Below, piece after piece: positions 56,436-64,000 of a DNA stretch of 64,000 nt. A program made the position numbers and the translations under genes. Positions within the stretch are counted from its first letter, which is position 1. The number at the start of each line of letters is the position of its first letter. The DNA is taken from IMG/VR virus record IMGVR_UViG_3300024259_002152, positions 248,001 to 312,000 of that record. The stretch is one strand, 5' to 3'. Under the pieces are notes generated by a model. That model was given only the letters and a program-made list of their open reading frames with translations, was not told where the DNA came from and searched no databases.

Positions 56436-56795
56436 ATGTTATTGTCTAGTAAGATAAGATGGTCGATGCTATCTGTATTGGCTTTTGTTGTTGGTATAAT
56501 AATCACTGTCCAATGGATAGGAACAGAGCATGGGATGAGAGTATGGGACTTATTTAAAAGACCTGATGTGGTAGAAAAGATTGTAGAAGTAGAAACTATA
56601 AAAGTTATAACTATCTCCGATGACTCAACAATACAAATCATTAATCAAGAGTATAGAGATGCTCTTCTACAAATTTCTGCGGTAACTTTTAATAATGATA
56701 GATATGGTGAAAATACATATAACACTATGCACCAATATGCTATAACAGCCCTGGCGATACCAAAAACTTTGGATAGAGAAAAAAATAAAGAATAG
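56436..56795 (+). CDS. membrane-anchored hypothetical protein
   Basis: N-terminal TM. Confidence 0.7.
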   Translation: MLLSSKIRWSMLSVLAFVVGIIITVQWIGTEHGMRVWDLFKRPDVVEKIVEVETIKVITISDDSTIQIINQEYRDALLQISAVTFNNDRYGENTYNTMHQYAITALAIPKTLDREKNKE

Positions 56796-56928
56796 TCATA
56801 TCTTCTTATTCTTCATAGGGTTATAGAAATCTAATTATTTTTATTTTCTCTATTGCAAATAAAAGTAGAATACAGTATAATTGTCAAAGTGAAAGTCGGA
56901 AGTAGTAATCTTATTGAAAGGATATGTG

Positions 56929-57318
56929 ATGAGAGTTAAAGGATGGATTTTGTTGGTGCTTATAGTTTTATTGTGTTGCTTTTGTGTTTATACTTATAAA
57001 CTCAGGACAGCTTTTAATGTTGATAAGCAAGATGCTCAAATAGAAGTATCTGATTATCAGTTAGAAGTTGTTCAGTATGCTCTTTCTTTATTCCCTCAAA
57101 AGGATAAAGGCGACATCTTTTTCAATTCCATAGGAAATGAATATCCTGATTTTAAGGAAGATGAAAGACTTTGCGAAATCTTGGGATATCAAAAAACTCC
57201 AGCAGAAATAGAGCAAAATAAAGCAGAACAAGAGGCAGAAGATAAAAAGGGAATTCCCGATACAACAGTAGCTAAAGTTATGGATAACATTCTTACCATC
57301 GAAATTGAGGAGGAGTAA
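56929..57318 (+). CDS. membrane-anchored hypothetical protein
   Basis: N-terminal TM; promoter at 56853-56881. Confidence 0.7.
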   Translation: MRVKGWILLVLIVLLCCFCVYTYKLRTAFNVDKQDAQIEVSDYQLEVVQYALSLFPQKDKGDIFFNSIGNEYPDFKEDERLCEILGYQKTPAEIEQNKAEQEAEDKKGIPDTTVAKVMDNILTIEIEEE

Positions 57319-57323
57319 TAATT

Positions 57324-58388
57324 ATGATGCTTGGTATTTCAAACAGTAGTTTCCATTATAAATATTATGAGTTACTTCGCAAAATGTGGGCGTTGGACCC
57401 ACAAGATGATCGACAATTAAGTCTTTGTGTGTATTCTCAATTTATATTCTGGATGACAATTGTAACTACCATTTGCTCCCCTCTTATATTGATGGGATGG
57501 CTTATCTTGAAGTCAGGGAGACTATTTTATAAGGCATGTTCATGGACAAAGATAGGAAGAGTCATCACCGATGGCTTAGATTGGTTGTGTGGTCTTGGAG
57601 ATAAAATTGACGAGAGATCTAATAATATGATAAAATCTCCTGCGGTTTATCTCGTTGCTACGACACTGCAAGTATTATGTGTTGTAATAGTTGTTTTTCT
57701 TGTTGTTCTGCTTTTAAGCATAGGAATTACAGCATTTGTGCGAATTTTTATGAATATCCCAGAATATCTTGGAGGATTTCTTTCTTGTATAGCATTGGGT
57801 ATTTTTTATATCTTTTGCGGTTTGGGATGGTGCATTTGTCAAATGTTTTCAGGTATATGGATTGGTCTGAAATGGTTAGGAATGATTGCGGTAATGTATG
57901 CCACAACTGTTATATTTGTGGCGTTTATGGTAGCTTTGGCTGCTGCTGTTACATTAGTAGTAATTAAAATATCTTTGTGTTTTGAGCGTGTGCGACAATT
58001 TTTAGGGTTTAGAATTAATGGTTTTCGTGAAGCCAGAATATCTGCCCAAAAACGTAAAACAGAATTAGAGAAGCTTCGCCAACAAAGACAAGCGGAGCTA
58101 GAAGAAATACGTAGGAAAAAAGAGATTGGGGAAATTCCTCTTACTGGTTGGGAGCAAGTCCTTGCAAGTATTGGTGAGATGTTCTGTAAATTTGGAACAT
58201 GGCTCAGGAGGTCAGCGGTCAGCAAAACTACTCAAGTTAAGGGTGGCTCTGTGAAAGTTTTAGGCGTATTCGGCATTCTCTGGAATGTCGTTATATCTCT
58301 TTATCATGGAGTTTGTCCACTTCTGCAAGTTGTTGATGATAAGGATATTGATTATCAGGAATTACCATCCACAAAGAAAGAAGCATGA
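57324..58388 (+). CDS. multi-pass membrane protein
   Basis: Several hydrophobic helices plus coiled coil; GAGGAG RBS. Confidence 0.75.
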   Translation: MMLGISNSSFHYKYYELLRKMWALDPQDDRQLSLCVYSQFIFWMTIVTTICSPLILMGWLILKSGRLFYKACSWTKIGRVITDGLDWLCGLGDKIDERSNNMIKSPAVYLVATTLQVLCVVIVVFLVVLLLSIGITAFVRIFMNIPEYLGGFLSCIALGIFYIFCGLGWCICQMFSGIWIGLKWLGMIAVMYATTVIFVAFMVALAAAVTLVVIKISLCFERVRQFLGFRINGFREARISAQKRKTELEKLRQQRQAELEEIRRKKEIGEIPLTGWEQVLASIGEMFCKFGTWLRRSAVSKTTQVKGGSVKVLGVFGILWNVVISLYHGVCPLLQVVDDKDIDYQELPSTKKEA

Positions 58389-58591
58389 TGGAATTGTTGC
58401 TGTTATGGCCGATACTTGGGATATTAGGATTTGCTCTATATTGTAGCAATCCTAATACTAGACCTAAAAAATGGTATCTTCTAATGATTGCTTTTTGCAC
58501 TCATACTTTCTTTGGTTTAATCGGTTTATTCTATGGTTTTGTGTGTTTCTCAGGAAGAAAATATAAACCCAGAGGAATCCGTAATGACTAG
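58385..58591 (+). CDS. small membrane protein
   Basis: Two hydrophobic segments. Confidence 0.6.
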   Translation: MMELLLLWPILGILGFALYCSNPNTRPKKWYLLMIAFCTHTFFGLIGLFYGFVCFSGRKYKPRGIRND

Positions 58592-58754
58592 TTGCAAATA
58601 TTGTAGTTCTAGAATAGATGACTTTGCTTTTGTGTGTCCTTTCTGCATGAGAAAACAACCCGATCAGATTGTGGTCTCGAATCTTAATAGAAAATTCGTA
58701 ATATGGATAGTTATTATAGCTGTTCTTTTTGGGGTTATTGTTCTTTGTTTTTAA
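58584..58754 (+). CDS. zinc-ribbon + TM small protein
   Basis: CKYC...CPFC and C-terminal TM. Confidence 0.65.
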   Translation: MTSCKYCSSRIDDFAFVCPFCMRKQPDQIVVSNLNRKFVIWIVIIAVLFGVIVLCF

Positions 58755-58772
58755 TAAAAGGTAAAAATAGCG

Positions 58773-59168
58773 ATGAGTAAAAGTGGTAAAATAACAATAG
58801 CTTCCTTTTTTTGTCTTACAGTGATTGCAATACTATATGGAATCGGTAGTTTCGTTCCGTCAGAGGCTGAAGCCGCAAGAAAAGACGCACCCACATGGAT
58901 ACTTCGAAGATCAGGTAAGATTATGGATATAGACCCTCTTTTTGGGGATTATAGTAATATTTTGGGTATTATGATCCATTTTGATAAGGAAAATTGGATT
59001 TGCGTATACGATGCAATATGGGATATCAAGCATCGAGGACCTTGGCCAAATATCGGAGAAGAAGGTTCTTTGTATACGGAAAAAGAGAGAAAGGAACGTC
59101 CTTGGAAATTGAGGTGGAAGTGGGTAGAAGGAACAGCCCCTAAAAGAATACATCTAGATGAAAACTAA
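58773..59168 (+). CDS. exported hypothetical protein (paralog A)
   Basis: MSKSGKITI signal; shares KI.D.DPL, HFD, WP.IG..GSLY, KWKWV with next gene. Confidence 0.75.
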   Translation: MSKSGKITIASFFCLTVIAILYGIGSFVPSEAEAARKDAPTWILRRSGKIMDIDPLFGDYSNILGIMIHFDKENWICVYDAIWDIKHRGPWPNIGEEGSLYTEKERKERPWKLRWKWVEGTAPKRIHLDEN

Positions 59169-59229
59169 ACATTGACCCGAATAACGCAATTTCTTTTTTA
59201 GAAGTTGTTAATGAAAGGTAGAAATAGCG

Positions 59230-59835
59230 ATGAGTAAAAGTGGTAAAATAACAATTGGATTTCTTTTCAGCTTTATGCTAATTGCAGTTGTATTAGGTGG
59301 TATTGTTGCCTCCAATGCTAAAGCTGCAAAAGATGGAGAATGGGAATTATGGACTTCAGCAAAAATTATAGATGTAGATCCTCTTTATTCTATAGGAGGT
59401 TTTGGCATGATGGCTCATTTTGACAACATGGCATGGGCGGTAATATGGCGACAGGATATTGTAGGGAAATGGCCAGCTATAGGACAAACAGGGTCTCTTT
59501 ATAAGAAAGGAAGCGAAGATAAAACAAAATGGAAATGGGTAAGAAAAAAACTCTCGAAAAAAATCAAAGCCAAAGTTAAACGCAAAACAAAGCATGATCC
59601 AAATAATGTAATTTCATTACCTCCCCAAATAATATTACCAGAAAATACAGAATGGGAGAGAGCCTCTACTACTCCTGAAATAGATAAAATCGTAGTAGTA
59701 AGATTCGATGATGGTAGAACTTCTACGGCTTATATTAATAATGATAAAGAGTGGAAGTTAGACATAGAAAGAAATAAATATCGCGGAGGCAAAACTATTA
59801 ATAATGTCAAAGAATGGAAAGATATAGGTATCTAA
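59230..59835 (+). CDS. exported hypothetical protein (paralog B)
   Basis: Paralog of 58773-59168 with extra C-terminal domain. Confidence 0.75.
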   Translation: MSKSGKITIGFLFSFMLIAVVLGGIVASNAKAAKDGEWELWTSAKIIDVDPLYSIGGFGMMAHFDNMAWAVIWRQDIVGKWPAIGQTGSLYKKGSEDKTKWKWVRKKLSKKIKAKVKRKTKHDPNNVISLPPQIILPENTEWERASTTPEIDKIVVVRFDDGRTSTAYINNDKEWKLDIERNKYRGGKTINNVKEWKDIGI

Positions 59836-59836
59836 A

Positions 59837-60211
59837 ATGGAGAATAATCTTAAACAAACAAGACAGAAACTTAATAACGAAGCAGAGCACCTTAAACAAG
59901 TAAGGCAAAAACTCAATACGGAAATAGAGCAACTTAACCAAAATCTTCGTGAAAAAGAATATCTATTAAACGCTATAGATAAAAAATGTTCTCATATGTG
60001 GGGAGAAACCATCCCTGATCACATTGAACATAAAGCACATACAATCCCAGGAGATCCTCCAGGAACGATGGGTGTAGATTGGAGGGGTCCAATTAATGTT
60101 CCTGCAAAAACAGAAGAACGTTGGAAACGTATTTGTAAAATATGCGGCAAAATCGAATATAGTAAAGAAACTACAGAACAAGTAATTCATGCTCCTAAAT
60201 TTTCGACATGA
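59837..60211 (+). CDS. hypothetical protein (coiled coil + C/H motif)
   Basis: Duplicated LKQ.RQKLN; CSH..CKIC. Confidence 0.7.
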   Translation: MENNLKQTRQKLNNEAEHLKQVRQKLNTEIEQLNQNLREKEYLLNAIDKKCSHMWGETIPDHIEHKAHTIPGDPPGTMGVDWRGPINVPAKTEERWKRICKICGKIEYSKETTEQVIHAPKFST

Positions 60212-60405
60212 TAAAATTAGAAAATCTAACTGATAAAAACGTTGGCAGAGAAGTTATTTATACTTCTGCAAAAGGAAAAGAAGAACATGGAAAAATAACT
60301 TCCTGGAATTCTAAATTTATCTTTGTTGATTATGGAAATAATTGTGGCAGAGGAACTGCTACTTCTCCTGAAGATTTAACATTTACATATGAAGTAAAAA
60401 GATGA
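60208..60405 (+). CDS. hypothetical protein
   Basis: G.ITSWN..FIFVDY. Confidence 0.7.
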   Translation: MIKLENLTDKNVGREVIYTSAKGKEEHGKITSWNSKFIFVDYGNNCGRGTATSPEDLTFTYEVKR

Positions 60406-60408
60406 TCT

Positions 60409-60612
60409 ATGAAATATTTTAAAGACATATATGACTTATGCAAAGGCTTCATTACAACAATAATCATTTATGGGATACTATTGGGAATAGTAATAATTCC
60501 AATTCTATTTATCGAATCCTTTAATTCTAACAATAAGGATAATGCTTCTGAAAATTCTGAAAATAAATCTTCAAAAATAATAATTGCAAAAGAAAATAAA
60601 ATATCATCATGA
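60409..60612 (+). CDS. small membrane protein
   Basis: Single TM. Confidence 0.55.
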   Translation: MKYFKDIYDLCKGFITTIIIYGILLGIVIIPILFIESFNSNNKDNASENSENKSSKIIIAKENKISS

Positions 60613-60848
60613 AAAATAAAAAAGCATTTTTTAGTCCTTGTCAATGGGTGAGATTTTGTGCAAAATTATCTCTATGTGTGTTTCTATTTTTAATGTCTTT
60701 AGGTATAGTTGACTGCAATGTAAGAATGATAAAGCATCGCTATAAAACAGTAAAAGATACTGACGAAAAGGCAATAGTAGATGTTCAAAAAAAAGAAACT
60801 ACTGAAAATTCTTATACAGGTATAAATTATAATCCTTTGCAAAAGTAG
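60609..60848 (+). CDS. small membrane protein
   Basis: Single TM. Confidence 0.55.
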   Translation: MKNKKAFFSPCQWVRFCAKLSLCVFLFLMSLGIVDCNVRMIKHRYKTVKDTDEKAIVDVQKKETTENSYTGINYNPLQK

Positions 60849-60857
60849 AATATTATC

Positions 60858-61367
60858 ATGAGTATACCTTTTTATAGATATGTTGAATATTTGGATGATG
60901 GACACAGCCTCTATCAATGTCTTCAATGTGGCACAAAAATAGATGTGGGAGAATGGTTTGAACCTAATTTTTGTTGGGATTGTGGAGTAAAATTTAAGGG
61001 TATGATACTTCGTAAACAAACTGATTATATTTCTCTTCCCATAACTAATGAATTGTGGTTTCAAATTGAGTCGGGTTATGATTGGGGAGAAGGAGAGGGT
61101 GTCCATTGGGGACCAACTTGGAGAGGACATCATAATGCTCATCAAGCAATAAAATATTTAAAAAAAGCACGAGAGGAAAGAGAAGAAGAGAATAAAAGAA
61201 TTATAAAACAAACAGGGAAGGAAGGATATAAATTTAGGGTAACTGCCCAAATAAAAGAGAAATCTCATGGTGCTGTCATTATTGATACTGCTAAGTATTA
61301 TAAAAAAACAGGAAAAAAGTTTGATAAGAAAATACGAGAAAGGCATATGAATGGCAATAAAAGATGA
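60858..61367 (+). CDS. zinc-ribbon hypothetical protein
   Basis: CLQC...CWDC. Confidence 0.7.
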   Translation: MSIPFYRYVEYLDDGHSLYQCLQCGTKIDVGEWFEPNFCWDCGVKFKGMILRKQTDYISLPITNELWFQIESGYDWGEGEGVHWGPTWRGHHNAHQAIKYLKKAREEREEENKRIIKQTGKEGYKFRVTAQIKEKSHGAVIIDTAKYYKKTGKKFDKKIRERHMNGNKR

Positions 61368-61656
61368 AATTATAAGGATATATGAAAGACCAGTTATTGC
61401 TCATCCTGGTGGCGCTGTAGTGCATATGGGAGATTGTCATATCTATGATTCTTGGCTGGGAATATGCACATGTGGTTTACATCATTTGCTACAACAAGCA
61501 GGGAGCGAAGTTGCCCAGGAAGTTTATCCTCGTTTCCAAGAAGAAAAAACAAATGAGAGTTTTGTTGTATATCTTTTGCAAGAATTTCGTGATGGTAATC
61601 TTTACGTTAAAAATAAGGGAAAATTCGTCCAAGTTGAAACAAAAGAGGTTTATTAA
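61351..61656 (+). CDS. hypothetical protein
   Basis: H.GDC...ICTCG. Confidence 0.7.
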   Translation: MAIKDEIIRIYERPVIAHPGGAVVHMGDCHIYDSWLGICTCGLHHLLQQAGSEVAQEVYPRFQEEKTNESFVVYLLQEFRDGNLYVKNKGKFVQVETKEVY

Positions 61657-61962
61657 GTGGAAGTAAAAGAAAAGAAAATAGAGAAAGAAGATAAGGTGGA
61701 AAAGAACAGTACTGACGAAAGAGAACAATTAGAGTCTATTACTTCTTTTCTCCGCGAATCTATTCCTGCCCCCGAAGGGAGTATAATTGATGTAAAGCAT
61801 CTTTGGGGGAAATTTTATAGGATTAATTATTGGAGAGAAGATAAAATACGAGCAGAAAGTAAATTAAATAGTGACATTTCTATGAACAGAGTAATAGAAT
61901 CAAAATTTGTTCGAGTAGAGATAGTCATAGATGGCTATATTTTTGAGGATTATGATGCCTAA
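61657..61962 (+). CDS. hypothetical protein
   Basis: V.HLW...YRINYW...S.FV. Confidence 0.65.
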   Translation: MEVKEKKIEKEDKVEKNSTDEREQLESITSFLRESIPAPEGSIIDVKHLWGKFYRINYWREDKIRAESKLNSDISMNRVIESKFVRVEIVIDGYIFEDYDA

Positions 61963-62404
61963 AAAAACGCCCCTAAAAAATGAAACAGCAAAAGCATGGG
62001 ACAAAAGCGTAAAAAGAGCCATGGCTGTCCTAGAAAAAACAGCAAAGAAGCGAGCGTTTGATTGCTCCCATACTGCTGATGGAAAAATCTTAAAAATAGG
62101 ACTGAAGGTTTATAGTATCGATGATCCCACTATTCAATTGGTTATTTCGAATATTGAAGATGAGATTACTCGTAGAGGAAAAAGAGTAACCCTAACTAGT
62201 AAAGAACAACAATCTTCTAAACAATATTGTAGTAAATTATTTGTTAATCAGGCAAAAGCTGTTGATGCTTGTATTATAGATATAGAACAAGCACGACGTG
62301 CTATACTTAGGGACGCTCAAGAATCCCTCGATAGGTTAGATGCTGACAATATGCTTAAAAAATTAAAAAGGCAACGTAAAAAATTAGAAAAAACGAAAGG
62401 TTAA
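61952..62404 (+). CDS. hypothetical protein
   Basis: ORF with GAGG RBS. Confidence 0.65.
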   Translation: MMPKKTPLKNETAKAWDKSVKRAMAVLEKTAKKRAFDCSHTADGKILKIGLKVYSIDDPTIQLVISNIEDEITRRGKRVTLTSKEQQSSKQYCSKLFVNQAKAVDACIIDIEQARRAILRDAQESLDRLDADNMLKKLKRQRKKLEKTKG

Positions 62405-62406
62405 CA

Positions 62407-62697
62407 ATGAAAGATCAAATGATAATTAATGAATTTTTAGCAAAAATCAGGGATGCAAAGCTTAATCAGCCAGAAGCAATTGCTATGGCAGGTATGTTTA
62501 TTGCAGCGGCTATTGATAGACAGACAGAATTGCAAAAAATAAGTCTTGAAATACAAATGAAAATGTCTGGCTCGGCTACTGATATGTTTGAGAAAATGAG
62601 TAGATCAGTAGATAATATGAACGAAGGGGACGAATGGAAAAACGGTCGAGATGATGATGATGGTTATGACTCTAACACGGGTTCATTTGAATGTTGA
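62407..62697 (+). CDS. hypothetical protein
   Basis: ORF in operon. Confidence 0.65.
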   Translation: MKDQMIINEFLAKIRDAKLNQPEAIAMAGMFIAAAIDRQTELQKISLEIQMKMSGSATDMFEKMSRSVDNMNEGDEWKNGRDDDDGYDSNTGSFEC

Positions 62698-62812
62698 TAT
62701 GGAAAAATATAATCTTTCAATACTAACTGTGATAGCCATACTGGTAGCAATCTGGGCAATTATGATTATAGATATTTTTGCTTAAACGATAAAAATATTA
62801 AGGAGTAACATT

Positions 62813-63043
62813 ATGATTATAGGTTCGTGTCATACTAATTTAGACGATTACGATAGGGAAGAATGGCCTACACAATTTGTTGCTGTTCCAAGAGAAGGAG
62901 AATGGGTAGAGTCTAAAAATAGAAAAATTCTTAAGGTTGTTAAAGTTACACATGTTGTGGTGAAAAAAAATATTTATGGCGGAGAATGTGAACAAGGTTA
63001 TCCGCAAATACGAGTAGAATTGCACAAACCATCAGGTGGGTAG
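62813..63043 (+). CDS. hypothetical protein
   Basis: AAGGAG RBS; WP..F.AVPR.GE. Confidence 0.7.
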   Translation: MIIGSCHTNLDDYDREEWPTQFVAVPREGEWVESKNRKILKVVKVTHVVVKKNIYGGECEQGYPQIRVELHKPSGG

Positions 63044-63055
63044 AAAGGATGAATA

Positions 63056-63319
63056 ATGGGTAGGTGGATAGATACATTAAAAAAATTGCCAGAATCAAAG
63101 TCATTTTGGGCATTATATATGGTGGGCTTTGGAATCTGTCTTTCTTTGGCTTTAATCTCTGATATTATCCCCGAGGAAAGTAGAGATGAATGGGGACGTA
63201 CCTCTTGCGCTTATCCTATATTTCAGGTGGCTTTAGTATTAATTGCGAGTGTTCATTTTCTCGCGGCAGTGGTATTTTTGGTAGCATTTATAGTGGATAA
63301 AATAGAAAATATACCCTAA
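63056..63319 (+). CDS. small membrane protein
   Basis: Two TM helices. Confidence 0.65.
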   Translation: MGRWIDTLKKLPESKSFWALYMVGFGICLSLALISDIIPEESRDEWGRTSCAYPIFQVALVLIASVHFLAAVVFLVAFIVDKIENIP

Positions 63320-63591
63320 TGGAAGTAAAAGTAAAATTAATTGTTCCTGATGGTTTGCATATGAGGCCATCTATGATGGTTGCTGATTTGGCTAATACTT
63401 TTGAGAGCCAGATTGAAATAAGCAAAAATGGAATAAAAGTAGATGGTAAAAGCATTATGGATTTAACTATGCTCGCAGCAGTGGTGAACGAAGAATTAAC
63501 AATCACTGCTAAAGGAAAAGATGAGCAAGAAGCTATAATAGCTCTTGAAAAATTAATTAGTAGTGATTTTGATAACTATTTAGAGAAATAA
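63319..63591 (+). CDS. ptsH: HPr phosphocarrier protein
   Basis: GLHMRPS (His15), VDGKSIM (Ser46), G.DE..A. Confidence 0.92.
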   Translation: MEVKVKLIVPDGLHMRPSMMVADLANTFESQIEISKNGIKVDGKSIMDLTMLAAVVNEELTITAKGKDEQEAIIALEKLISSDFDNYLEK

Positions 63592-63608
63592 GAATGGGAG
63601 AATAAATA

Positions 63609-63875
63609 ATGGGCGAAGGAACGAAAATAACTAAGGAAGAAATGTTAATAGAAGAGATACGGAATGTAGTAGCTAATTTTGAAAAAGACTCCGCAATAGC
63701 TAAAGGAATAGCCAGGGATAGGGCTGAGAGAGTTGCTGAACTTATAAGTTCTACCAGCGAAGAAGGGATAAAAAAAAGAGACTCAGCACACATGGACTTT
63801 CAACGTTGGAGAGAAAGGTCAGAAGTTTTTGCACAAGCGGCAAAAGAATTAAAAAAGATACTAATACCACATTAA
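63609..63875 (+). CDS. hypothetical protein
   Basis: Helical ORF. Confidence 0.65.
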   Translation: MGEGTKITKEEMLIEEIRNVVANFEKDSAIAKGIARDRAERVAELISSTSEEGIKKRDSAHMDFQRWRERSEVFAQAAKELKKILIPH

Positions 63876-63890
63876 GTAAGGATATAAAAA

Positions 63891-64000
63891 ATGTATGAAA
63901 AATTTACCGATAGGGCAAAAAGGGTATTAGCACTAGCCAATCAAACTGCACAAGGATGGAACCACGAGTATATTGGGACTGAACATATTCTTATGGGTTT
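63891..64000 (+). CDS. Clp protease N-terminal domain protein (ClpC-like), 3'-truncated by window
   Basis: [36 protein letters not shown]. Confidence 0.85.
   Translation, partial: MYEKFTDRAKRVLALANQTAQGWNHEYIGTEHILMG

Overview
AT-rich, very gene-dense window, almost entirely + strand, with many short hypothetical ORFs. It most likely comes from a jumbo/huge bacteriophage or similar large extrachromosomal element; no capsid, terminase or tail genes are recognisable here. A DUF1559-style prepilin, an FmdB zinc ribbon, HPr and a ClpC-type N-terminus suggest a PVC-group (Planctomycetota-like) host (inference). Recognisable cargo includes nucleotide metabolism (ThyA-like, dCMP deaminase, HPRT, GuaC, queuosine-salvage protein, HAD/HD/NUDIX enzymes), three SPPY DNA methyltransferases, a split RM-like cassette, SSB, two sigma factors, RNA quality-control genes (tmRNA, Ro60/TROVE, two RNA ligases, orphan HicB), a YjfI-PspA-GluR0-like K+ channel module, and an IS200/IS605 tnpB element with a nonsense codon. 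The most unusual signals are: (1) a shared terminal peptide tag, consensus (I)xxRFEILDL-stop, on 8 mostly unrelated small proteins, plus 3 variants; (2) two unassigned, highly structured ~215-225 nt RNAs between a consensus promoter and the tmRNA; (3) nine copies of an intergenic TTCCAGACAA(C/T)G element that mark gene-cassette boundaries in the right half; (4) several distinct recurring promoter classes. All calls come from reading motifs by eye; no searches were run.
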